Origin: Halocafeteria seosinensis
Taxonomy: Eukaryota
Assembly (NCBI GenBank): GCA_001687465.1
Contig: LVLI01000101.1
Coordinates: 248,001 to 312,000 of the forward strand
DNA length: 64,000 nucleotides
Direction of reading: 5' to 3'
Of the stretch, positions 22,993 through 37,061 are shown piece by piece. A program made the position numbers and the translations under genes. The notes under the pieces were generated by a model. That model saw only the letters and a program-made list of their open reading frames with translations. It was not told where the DNA came from and made no database searches. Each line of letters opens with the position of its first letter. Position 1 is the stretch's first letter.

Positions 22993-25103
22993 ATGAGGCA
23001 AAAGGTTGCCCCAATACCGGAAACGAATGAGTCTAGAGATGAAACGACGGTATCTAAACGGGAGCACCATTATGAGCCCTCCACCCTCATTGAGTCATTT
23101 AAACGCTTTAGTGCCCTGTCCACCCCAACGGTATGCGTCTTGATGCTGTAGTAGGATTAGTTTTTCGATTGGATACCCTATTTGTATGAAGCACAGGTGG
23201 AGCAGCTGCTCGTGAATGCTATGCTCTGTGTAGTGATGTTTTTCACTCCATATGAGGCAGCCTTCGTCTCTGAGACCAGTGTGGGCTTCATTGTCTATAA
23301 CAGGATCGTTGAGCTGGGATACATATTGGTAAGAAGAGTAAATTGATACCAAGGCTCTAGTTCACTCTCAGCTATCGAACGGCTACCCAGGATCTCGCGT
23401 ACCGATGGAATCGCCGTGAAGAGTCGAAATTAGGCAAGGCGGAAGTGTTCTGGGGGATCGTCGCAATTGTTCCATGGGACCTTGCCACTTTGGAGAACGA
23501 TATAATAGGTCTGCGATTGCTTCGTCTATTCCGCTTGACCAAGGTATCTCGCTTTCGGCTGGTACATGCGCCAGAATTGTATCGCTTGTTGAGACTGAAC
23601 AGGTGCTCGGCGAAAATTGCCACAACATGCGGTACCGTTTTCCTGTTGATCCACTGGTCCGCTTGTTTGTGGAGAGTAGTTCCTAGAATTGAGGACGCCG
23701 ATGGTAATGCAAATTGGATTGAAGCCGCAGATTTGGATACAGATACTGGGAATTTTCATTTATACACAATAGCTTTTTATTGGTCCGCTAACGCTATCTT
23801 GCCAACTGGATCTACAGGCGTCGCCCCATTAACAATTTGGGAACATGTTCTGGCGTCGGTGTTGTCGGTTGGAGGAGCTGTGACTTTCGTTTATTACATT
23901 GCATCCTTCTTGCGTTCATTCGTACAGGCAATGGTTTTAGAAACCCAAGAACCACGCCTATGCGGTACGTTGGCATCTCCAGGTAATTGTGGAAGTTGAG
24001 AGCGCTAAGACATACTGTTCACTGTTGCAGATGTCGGGCTTGGAACTTCTTGCGAATATCTTCGAAGAAATACTGACCCAGCGACTGCGGACGTCCTCCA
24101 TAGCCACGTGCGCTCTTTTAAAAATTTCTATAGCGAGCGGAGGACATTAGCAGAAATCGAACAACTCCCTGAATATTTGCTGGAGGATGTATACTTCCGC
24201 GCGTTCGGCTCCTTGCTATCTCGAATAGAGTGGCTTTCAGCTTCGAATATTCACGGGGACGAACGCAATACCTGTGTGAAAAGAGTAAGTGACACGATGG
24301 CGAATGACGCCTACTTGTTATCAAGAATTCCGTATGGGGTTTTGTCCCTCAGTTGTCACGAAAGCTACAATTTAAGCTTGCCTTGAAAGGTGAAGAGATT
24401 ATATCGCTGAACTCAAATGCTCTCCAACTGTAAGCATTTTTGTTCCTGGTTGACGTATTAACTAGCAATTTATTAAGCTAGCATCAAGAGCGCAGGTTCT
24501 TCATTAGAACGGGAGAAGTAACGTGTGATAGGAGAAACTACAGCCCGGGGGAATCGTTCGGACATGATTTCCTTCTTTCCAACTATCAAAGAGGTTATAC
24601 TGCCAAGGCTGTGGTTGACACATCACTCTGTTACCTGGAGCAATCGGATATGTACACGCTGCTGCAATCTGAAGATCTCCCTACAATCAAGGTACCGCAG
24701 ATTGGTTATACATTGCTTATCTTCATTGCAATAAGTTGTGTTTAACTGTTGTTGGCAGTCTTCATTTAATGCGTTTCTACTTAGGCTTTCATTGCAAAGA
24801 AAGTTTGCTCACAGACGGGAGCCGATAGATTTGAAATTACGTGATGACGTCTCCCTGGAACGAACTACATCAGTTCCTTTCAGAAAAACGTCAAGAGAGT
24901 CCCAAGTGCATACTCTTTCTTCTGTAAGTGGTGTCAGCTCCGGTACTAATGGGGGCGATGCGGTGCTCAACCGCGCGGAATCGGAGATTGTACGGAGCAG
25001 TAGTGAGTCATCCGTGGAATCTATTACTTCAGCGGTTGGATTGAGCTGGAACACTCGGCGTGTAACGGCCAGGAGGAAACATGAAACGAGTGGTGAAGAA
25101 TAG
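22993..25103 (+). CDS. Cyclic-nucleotide-binding-domain (KCNH/CNG/HCN-superfamily) 6TM channel-like protein with a non-canonical pore
   Basis: S1-S2 FFTPYEAAF...YNRIVE; S4 LRLLRLFRLTKVSRFR; S5 IHWSACLW; pore YTIAFYWSANAILPTGSTGVAP; C-linker IEQLPEYLLEDV; CNBD LFFIRTGEV...PGESFGHDFLL...RGYTAKA. Confidence 0.85.
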
Positions 25104-25155
25104 CAAGAGAAGGACTAGTAGGTGTGAGTAAGTATTACGAGCTTTAGTAAATGCT

Positions 25156-26211
25156 TCACTGGGCAAACATTTGGCGAGCCTTCATTCGCTCAGCACCGAA
25201 GGGACTTGTGGTTGCTTCCAGAGTCAACTGTTTTCCCTGTTCTTTTTGTAACTTCAGCGACTGTAGCTGCTTTTGAGAGAAGTTCACTGGCTTGTTTACG
25301 CCGTACTTCCTTACAGCTTCGTCATAAGCCATAGCAGCTTCAATTTCCGAAGTGTACCCTCCCAGGAACAGGTTGTTTTTTGATACACTTGGTACTCGGA
25401 TTTGTGCCCGCCACTTAAGCCTATGTTTTGGAGCAGGGTAAACACCGAGAAATATGCTCTTTGCTCGCTTAGTCTTAAGTCCCACAGCTTTATCATCAAA
25501 GTTGTTAGCTCGGGCCTGACCTTTTGCCAACTTTTCTCTGCTCTTCTCTGCCGAAGACAACGGCTTCCGTGTTCGAGAGATGAGGGTATCATTCTTCTTC
25601 GCTCTCTTTTCTCTAAGGAGTTTATGAGATTTGGTACATGTTTTCTCAGAGAGATTAGCCTTCTTGCTATTCGCACTTGAGTGGGAGTGTTTGTCCGATT
25701 TACGTAAATTCCTGGATGATCTGATAGATCTGTCACGCAACTGATCCGGAGCAGCATCCCAAATAATATTGGAAGAGCCCACGGTATGATTGCGCCGATT
25801 ACGTTGGTAATTTTTCATTGTATCCTCGTCTGGGACTTCATCATGTATTATCTTGCAGGAGGCACCCAAGCGGGGAGACTCTGAGGTTTCTCCAAGTTCA
25901 TCCCGGAGAACGGTCTTCGGCATGTCAAGTTCTCGAAGTATTCTCGAGTCGATTGCGTTGATGTCAAATTCCAATTCTTTGTGGGAATCCCTGAGGAAAC
26001 TTGGAAGTGGCCTGTCACTCAAAAACCGTGGCGATGGTCGAAATCCAGGACTACGTATATGCTCAAAACCTGCTGGAAGTTCGAAGCTAAATTGTTCTGT
26101 CGAACTGCTCGACTGAGCGCTTGCCGCATCAGCAACCGAATCTGACGCCAATGGATCAACTTTCCTTGAGGTGGTAGTTTCAACCGTGGAATTGCCATCG
26201 CCACTCCCCAT
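25156..26211 (-). CDS. AP2/ERF-domain transcription factor
   Basis: SIFLGVYPAPKHRLKWRAQIRVPSVSKNNLFLGGYTSEIEAAMAYDEAVRKYGVNKPVNF is a typical AP2 domain; basic NLS-like stretches upstream. Confidence 0.88.
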   Translation of the reverse strand: MGSGDGNSTVETTTSRKVDPLASDSVADAASAQSSSSTEQFSFELPAGFEHIRSPGFRPSPRFLSDRPLPSFLRDSHKELEFDINAIDSRILRELDMPKTVLRDELGETSESPRLGASCKIIHDEVPDEDTMKNYQRNRRNHTVGSSNIIWDAAPDQLRDRSIRSSRNLRKSDKHSHSSANSKKANLSEKTCTKSHKLLREKRAKKNDTLISRTRKPLSSAEKSREKLAKGQARANNFDDKAVGLKTKRAKSIFLGVYPAPKHRLKWRAQIRVPSVSKNNLFLGGYTSEIEAAMAYDEAVRKYGVNKPVNFSQKQLQSLKLQKEQGKQLTLEATTSPFGAERMKARQMFAQ

Positions 26212-26486
26212 TTCATGCAACTGGAAGCCTCGGGCTCACTTAAATCTCCCAATCCCCTCTAGGTATGTTAGCGAAGCACAGGTTCTGCGTGCTTGATTAG
26301 TTTTGTCAATGAGCAAATTGAAATTAATAAACCAATACATTTCAACGTGTATTACTGATTTTGAGCGGCCCAAGGACTCTTACTTCAAGTAGTATGAGCG
26401 ACTCGATCAGTAGCGTTGATGGACCCTCCTTCGTTCCCCTTAAGTTCTATCACCACTATATTTTCGCAAGCTACATCTAAAATATC

Positions 26487-27797
26487 TTAAACGTTTTGAA
26501 AATAGAGTGCGTAATACCCTGTAAGTTTATCCGACGACAGGAGCTCCTGGGACATTCCATAGGTCACTAGGCTCCTTGCGAGTTTTAGCTCTGAAGCACT
26601 GCTAAACGACTGGTTGTTTCTCCGCGCTTCAATGAGAAAGAAGTTCGCCATATATTGCATCGCCGTGATTGCATCAGTAGTATGATTCAAATTCAACGCA
26701 GGGTTCCATTCAAACTGTATTGAGGTCCAGGAAGTTCGTACATATGTTAAGCCAGGACAACCCTCTCACATTGTCAATACTTACAATGGGTCTTTCAGGA
26801 TGCCACTGTGTGCCGTGGATGGGATAATTCTTCTGCAAAGGATCAAATAAAAATGGCACGCATATACAACACTCTACTGTCAAATACAGCCGGCAGCCAC
26901 ATCCACGTACCGCCTCTATGGTAGAAACAAACGCTCTGTTCTTGCGATCCATGTTGGTCGATAGGACGTTGTAAAAGTCGCGAAGATTATCATTTGTCTT
27001 AAATGTTTCAGGTGTTACGCCAGCTGGAAATCATTGAGGTAATTGGCGAAGAGCGTGGTCACGTGACGAACGTCAACGTTCACTTACAGTGGTGAAGATT
27101 CGCCGTCACATTTTCGGTTGCGAGAATGTTCATAACGTCTCGTGGAGCCTGGCCAAAAATTCGGCTAGAGGAAGCACCCGTGGTAAGCATAAGCGGGATG
27201 CTGTAATCTTCCGAATCAAAGCCGGACACGAGAACTGAGTGGTTCTGGGCACCAAGGATCGACAGCAGCTGGAACCCCATACAAGTTCCATGAAGTGGAA
27301 AGTGAATTCCTGCATGTTCAGATGACTCCATACAGTAAAGATGGTGTGGGCCAAACTAATCGAACACTATACCAGTTTGACATACCGTTGTCGTTCATCT
27401 CCTGCACCTTATTGAAGATATACTGCGCAGTTTGGAAATAGTCCGTTTCGGGTCCCAAGGACAGCCCTCCTCCAGTGAACAAGACCCCATTCAAGGATCC
27501 CAGGAGTGTATCCAAAGTGCTTTTGTCCACATTATAGGGAATTCCGATGGCTCTGCCTCCGGCTGATTCAACCCATTTAGCGTATAAATTGGCAAAACAT
27601 GAGGCGGCGCCGTCGCCTCTCAGGTGGTTCCCAGAGCTTTTCTGGAGGGTCTCTCTTTCCCTGGTGGTGAAAGTGTCACAGGATACAGATGATGGAACGC
27701 CCAAAATGCCAATGAAAGGGAGTGTATTCTCTGCTCGTGCATTGATACAGCATAATAAAGCGGCCACTACCGCAAGCAGTGGTGTGTTGGTCCGCAT
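26487..27797 (-). CDS. GGH: Gamma-glutamyl hydrolase (peptidase C26) with signal peptide, spliced
   Basis: Signal peptide MRTNTPLLAVVAALLCC; PFIGIL, YAKWVESAGGR, NGVLFTGG, catalytic GTCMGFQ, YPIHGTQWHPER. Confidence 0.92.
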
Positions 27798-28452
27798 ATT
27801 GACCAAGCACCCTTGCGTGTATCTTGTTTTTTTCTTGATAACACCTATAAGCCTCAGTATCACACTGAGAATTCAACAAGGACTTCTGGGGTATAGATGG
27901 TGTATGAAAAGAGGACCATTTAGCAACAGGGTTGCCAACACATCATGTTACACATGGTGCACCTTCACAAGACGCTCGAATCGGAGCCTCGACGGCGACT
28001 TATACCTTGTACCGGCAACAAATAGGTGCTGCCGTCAATTCCAACGGGCCGTAATTGTCGGAAGAGAAGTCAAATTAACGACTGCAAGCCGTGACTTACG
28101 AGCCATGTACAACGTTGTGGATGTGTTCGTGGAGCTCACACTGACACAAGGATTCAAGGATTCCAATGATACTGCCCGAAGTCTCAAGCCGAAGGACATA
28201 CTCGTAGGCTCCATTAAAGTATTGCACGTAATACACGAAAATACAAAATGCTGTCATGTACACAATCTCGCTCTCAGTTCCTTTCGACTGGGTGGAAATT
28301 GAGCGACGCAAGGTTCGCAATGGGCAGTCACACTATAACTTCATCGCATTACTTGCATCGGACTTGAAGTGGATCTAGCCTCATGAGAGAAGCGCCACAA
28401 CAGTTCATTTGATCATCAGCCTTCTAACCGCGCGCATTTTCAGGCTTCACCC

Positions 28453-30633
28453 CTACGAAATCATACTTTCAGCGACAACGGTATCAACTGGATTCAGTAC
28501 GTGTTGAGACGTCAACGAATCATCCCCGGAGACGCCATAACTGAATTCATCGGTAACATATAATCTTTCAGACTTCCCTGCTTCGTTGGCATGCTGTGAC
28601 GATAAGTGGACAGCGGATACCGGAGTGGGGAAACTTCGTTGGTTCCATCTCCGCTTGAGCATTTCAAATTCAGAAAGAGTCCGAGAAATTCTTTTGATGT
28701 GTAGGCGATCGGAGCACATACCAACTTCATTATAAAATGTGAATACAGAGGAATAACCATACATGGGGGCGTTGGCATCAAATGTTGGGCAGCTACCCGG
28801 ATCAGAACCAGAAACGGAAGGATCCCATAAGTACTGTCTCCAAACAAACGGAACTACAGGTGAGACCGCAGTCATCAAAGAAACATTGGAAAGAGCTTTC
28901 GATAATCCTTGGTAGAGCGCCTGTATGTACGGTGAACATCTCTCAGGTTCAAAGTAGAGGTACCGAACTTTGGCTGAGCACCAGACTGAACTCCACGAGG
29001 GATCATTGATACCTGTTGACCCTGAAAAGACTCCTGTAGGGACGCTTGTGTGCAACTGCGGGCGAGCAGCTGTTGAGGTGGAGTTTCCCCTCCATGAATC
29101 ATTTTTTTCAGTGATTTGGTGTGGGCCGTCACCAATTGCCTGCATAGCACCGGCACGAGAGTCACTGTGGCCTGTATGAAACCGTGCTCTGCTATGTTCT
29201 TGGGTTTGCCATGCTAGGACGCTTTCAAGATACCATAAGTCATGAGTGCCACGCTTCTGAATGAGTGATTTTAACTTTTTTACTACTTCATATGCCTCTG
29301 CCTCATGTGCAATTCGTAGTAGCATCTCTAGAAAACGGGAAGAAGGCTCCATGCCTGCATTTCGTAACTCTTTGAAAATCCTAACGGCTTCGTCGAAATC
29401 GCTCTTTCTTTGACAAAGTCTAAGAAGCTGTAAGTATATTTCATGCGTGAATTTGTAGTTCATCCGTCGCATATCCTTTAAGATTCTTGCCGTAAACTCT
29501 GAATCAAACCCATTAACCGCGCACTTCAAGTAGATTTCCCAGGTATTTGTGGATGGTTCGACTCCAAGTCTCATCATATCAAACCAAACTTGTTTTGCAC
29601 CCTCGACGTTTTTCGTTTTGGAGCAGGCTTCTAGCAAGGGCTCAAAAACATCGCAACTGATTTGTAGTGACTGTCGGCGCAAGATCAAATCATCATAGAG
29701 ATTGAATAGTGTCGAATAATCAGCAATCTGTACGCAAACTCGCATTGCAAGAGCATACTGCTTTTCCTTAGGTACGATTCCATTACCTATCATTTCGTCC
29801 CACACCCACCAAAACGTGATGGAATCCGATTTTCTGCATAAAGCCCCAAGAACCGAAGTATATAGCCAAAGCGGCACACCTCTGATACATATCTCATCCC
29901 ACCAGCCATTAACATAAAGTGAGTCTTCAAAAGCATCACTGCCATCCAGCATAGAAAGATCAGTATCTTGGTTTATATCAAGCGTCTCCGCTACGTGATT
30001 CTGTGCCCTCCAGTGCGCATCTAGTGCTTCGACGAATTCTGAGCAAAGCTCCACGGCCCGGGTGTAAAAGTTGCTCCAATCTTTCAAGGTCCATGAGGTA
30101 TTCCTTATGTTCATGTGCGCGAATATCGCTAGCAGTTCTGGAGGTACTACTTCCAGATGCTTCTCGCAGTGACTAATGGCAGCTTCCACCAAGGGCGAAA
30201 GGAAGCCCATAGGCCAAACCTGGTCTCCACTTCGCTCTTTGCTCAAGGTCGACAAATGTCTTGCTGCCACCACTGTGACCTCGAGAGGGCCGAGATGAGA
30301 TGAAATTGCATGATTATGCTTCTCGTAGTACCGACACAGGAAATGCTTCCAGAATTCCTCCAAACTCGAGGAATCCAAACTGGAATCCGAGTGATCAAAC
30401 TCTCGTAATTCATGATTCAGAGTTTGCTTTACACTTTTCACGATCCTTCGCTCCTGTTCATTTAGATTCGTTGCCCACAATGAAGTCTGAAATCGCCGTA
30501 GACCCTCCGTAGCTCGGGAATGGGGATACTGCAGCTTCCTATATCCATGGCACACGTCAGTCTGTAGTGGGAATGCAAGTTTCCCAATGCCAGAGCGTGC
30601 AATGTGGCTCCTCCTCAAGAGCTTCGCCATCAT
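28453..30633 (-). CDS. Pentatricopeptide repeat protein, probably mitochondrial
   Basis: About six ~35-aa PPR motifs (e.g. VFEPLLEACSKTKNVEGAKQVWFDMMRLGVEPSTN); Arg/Ser-rich N-terminus resembles a presequence. Confidence 0.85.
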   Translation of the reverse strand: MMAKLLRRSHIARSGIGKLAFPLQTDVCHGYRKLQYPHSRATEGLRRFQTSLWATNLNEQERRIVKSVKQTLNHELREFDHSDSSLDSSSLEEFWKHFLCRYYEKHNHAISSHLGPLEVTVVAARHLSTLSKERSGDQVWPMGFLSPLVEAAISHCEKHLEVVPPELLAIFAHMNIRNTSWTLKDWSNFYTRAVELCSEFVEALDAHWRAQNHVAETLDINQDTDLSMLDGSDAFEDSLYVNGWWDEICIRGVPLWLYTSVLGALCRKSDSITFWWVWDEMIGNGIVPKEKQYALAMRVCVQIADYSTLFNLYDDLILRRQSLQISCDVFEPLLEACSKTKNVEGAKQVWFDMMRLGVEPSTNTWEIYLKCAVNGFDSEFTARILKDMRRMNYKFTHEIYLQLLRLCQRKSDFDEAVRIFKELRNAGMEPSSRFLEMLLRIAHEAEAYEVVKKLKSLIQKRGTHDLWYLESVLAWQTQEHSRARFHTGHSDSRAGAMQAIGDGPHQITEKNDSWRGNSTSTAARPQLHTSVPTGVFSGSTGINDPSWSSVWCSAKVRYLYFEPERCSPYIQALYQGLSKALSNVSLMTAVSPVVPFVWRQYLWDPSVSGSDPGSCPTFDANAPMYGYSSVFTFYNEVGMCSDRLHIKRISRTLSEFEMLKRRWNQRSFPTPVSAVHLSSQHANEAGKSERLYVTDEFSYGVSGDDSLTSQHVLNPVDTVVAESMIS

Positions 30634-30770
30634 CTACCTGCCGTACGTCATCGACATTGGAGTCATTGGGGGCGTCCTTCAAGCATTCCACCCTTGATGG
30701 ACAGTGTACAATTCTCTTGAAGGACTTCCATAGATTCGCAGCCCCTAATAGTGTTGTTAACAAGACAGAC

Positions 30771-30851
30771 AGAGAGAGAGAGAGAGAGAGCGTGGCCTCA
30801 TACACGATTGAACAGTTGCAATTCGTTTTATTGCAATTCGTTTTATTGCAA
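30771..30851. repeat. (AG)10 microsatellite plus 15-nt tandem repeat ttgcaattcgtttta x2.4 in the PPR/LACS divergent promoter
   Basis: Read directly: AG run 30771-30790; repeat units 30816-30830, 30831-30845 and partial to 30851. Confidence 0.85.
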
Positions 30852-30890
30852 GATATTAAATTTGATTTATATGTGCACGAGACGACAACA

Positions 30891-34259
<3,369 letters not shown>

Positions 34260-34292
34260 ATATTCGTGGAGTCTGTCAATGAAGACTACACA

Positions 34293-35344
34293 CTATCTTA
34301 ACTGGCTGACTTCCCAATCACATAGGGCTTGTATGAACATTTCACGGTGCCCAAGTTTCTTCATTCCCAATCCCTCTAGTTTTCTTTCAAACCCATCTGT
34401 ATCCCGGTTCTTCATGCGGCACAACAGTTCGAGACTTGTGAGTTCCTCCTCTTCGAACGTTGAAACGAGTTTCTCCTGGCTTATAGCCTCGAGGATTTCT
34501 CTCAAATTTTGATGCTCCGGTACAACTTGGTTTTCCTGGGCATATCCGCCTTCATCCATTGTTGGATTACTAGCAGTCTGCTGCACTCCATGGACATCTT
34601 CTACGGTGTTTGAGGTCTTACTGGGTTTTTTGCTTAGTCTGTTCCTAATTCGTTCAATTTGGTGCTTCGATCTACCAAGATATAAACCATTTTTCCCGAC
34701 ATTTCCTTTTGCACTTGATGATGCACCCGTGGCACTGTATCTCGCTTTATGTTTTCTTCGAAATACTGGTTGGTAGTCCCAGCGTTCGTCCGAGGCCTCT
34801 GAAACCAGCGCCTTTCGAAGAGTTCTGTCACAATATTTCGGTCAAACCAGACACTCATAAAGTAAAATTTTCATAGTCTAGTGATAACAAGAGTAGAGTC
34901 ACTGAATGTACTTACGAATTTTCCTTTCCTCGTGTGGATTTTGAAAACTTAGGTCTCTCTTCCTCCCCTTGCTGCGGTGGCTGAGAATTGTGTCTGAGTC
35001 GACTAGCCGGTTGCGTTGGTGCACCCGGCAGTACAGCACCAGTTGGCCTTGTCATTCGCGGTGGGGTACCGTCACTATACGTCTGCCACAATTGTAATGC
35101 AACGAGCACAACTCCACCTCCGAAAATGGTCACTTTGGTCACGTCGCGTTCCGGGCCAAATATCGCCTGTACCAGGACGCACAACCGATTCAACATACAC
35201 ACGTACATTGTGGACACACTAAATTTGACATTCTCCTCGTACCTTGGCAACGGTCCTCCATACAAGAGCTCCCAGGAAGACAATGAGAGCCTTCCGGAAT
35301 AGTCCTCCTTCGTTTCCCCCTATTTTCGATATAATAGACGCCAT
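34293..35344 (-). CDS. Protein with two N-terminal hydrophobic helices and a C-terminal SAM domain
   Basis: Spliced MASIISKIGG...ALIVFLGALVWRTVAK|AIFGP...TIFGGGVVLVALQLW...; C-terminus LREILEAISQEKLVSTFEEEELTSLELL...LEGLGMKKLGHREMFIQAL matches the SAM pattern (LGxxxLGHR). Confidence 0.7.
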
Positions 35345-35414
35345 TTTCTACGTATTGACGTGTATAGATACATTCATTATAAGAGCATGAATTGATGGCT
35401 CTATATCCACCAAA

Positions 35415-36548
35415 ATGAGCATACAAAGAGCAATAAGACCATGTGTCTTCACTTCACAATGCTGCAGCTCCTTCAGGAGCTCTTTACGCCCTTGTAGGAT
35501 GACATCTAATCCCTCGCAGAGACTATTTCCCCCTCTACCACATTATATGGATACAGGCAAACGATGTCTGAGCTCGGGCAACAATACATGGAGTGGGAAA
35601 TGGAGTAAAAAGCGCCGACAAAAGACCCCGGAGGACGAATTTCATCAACATAATCGTACAAATGACGATACTGCAGGTTATGCCGGAGGAGGATATGCCC
35701 AGTCATCGGTTCCGGAAGACCTACGGCTCCCAACCTTCGCCGATCCGATTGGCCGAGTACTAGCTGGGGCCGTGGACCTGGGGATAGCGTGCGCAGTGGG
35801 TATTGGAAGTGGATGGCTTATCTCAGCAATTACAGGTGTTCCAGACTTAGGTTCCTGGACAGCTCTAGCTGCAGGCACCTTTGCATGGATCGGACGCGAT
35901 GGAATCCTCGATGAGGGCAACCGCAGTTTGGGAAAGATACTATACGACATTGAAATCAGCTACTGGGATGGCCAATTAGCTAGACGAACAGATTGCGTCA
36001 AAAGGAATATGCCTTATGTCTTGGTACCATTTGTAGGAGTGCACGAGTATGTTGGGCATGCATTGTTGTTTTGCATCGTGTGGGATTTGGCGACCCACTT
36101 GGTCACTTACGACGCGAGGAAACTCGGAGATTATTTATCGGGCACGTATGTCGTCTCTTCAGCTCCTGGAAGAGATACAAGAGTCCTGGATATGATTGAG
36201 CAAGAGGAACTGGAAGAGATAGAGAGTGAAATTGGTGAGTAAATGTGCTTTAGACTTCGCGTATATTTATACAGAGCAACTAAGTCTTGTACCTGCTTTG
36301 ATTCTGCAGAGAGCGTGAGCGAGGACACGCACCAGTCATTGCAAGTATACAAATCGCCATATGATGGGGATCCATCATTCGCAGAGCCCGAGTCAGGAGG
36401 GTCGTTGTTTGTAGATGAGAATGGAATACTGAAAATCACTTCTCCAGAAGAGAGTCGCAGTCAGGAAAGAAATCAAAGCTATAAAGACATTGCCGATAAG
36501 CATGAAGCTGTCGGCACTCGAAATAAGAAGCAACAAGAGAAGAACTGA
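35415..36548 (+). CDS. RDD-family membrane protein with a probable mitochondrial presequence
   Basis: ADPIGRVLAGAVD...RSLGKILYDIEI...CVKRN...RKLGDYLSGTYVV (R, D, D pattern); R/S-rich N-terminus; intron near 36235-36309. Confidence 0.78.
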
Positions 36549-37061
36549 ATAATATTGATGGCTTGGGGTACATCCAGGGTACTCTTGGCTTACAAGTGGC
36601 AATTTTTTTACGTTTCGGAAGCCTCGTACAAGGAAGGGGGCGAGGCTAACTAAGCTCGCCACCAGCAAGGGCGAGTAAAATCCCGCTTTCTTTGCAATGA
36701 CGTTGTATCAGCACAATATTATCTGTATGGTTCCGTCTTGAAATCGGATTCCCAGCGGGGGGAGTGAGGACGTTGACACATTACTTCCAGTACAACACTT
36801 GTACAGTACTGTACTTTACCGTAGAGTCCCTCTGTTGTCAACACAGTACAATACACTTGAATCTACAGTCGCTTTTGGCACGAGAGTGTCTTGTTTCCGA
36901 GGATGTACCGGTAGTCCAGGGAAGCTCCTCCTCCATGAGGTTCACAATCTCAAACAGATAGTTGTACACGGTATACCATGAGCCACTTAGTGTAACTCAG
37001 CAGGTCGATTTGTCTTTGAGCGAATGGGCATTGTTATAGGAAGGAAGACTACTTATGAAAG

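Noticed and set aside
27547..28302. 251-aa plus-strand ORF, and many similar shadow ORFs antisense to real genes
   Set aside because: Antisense to GGH in its 5' part, with no domain features; typical shadow ORF.
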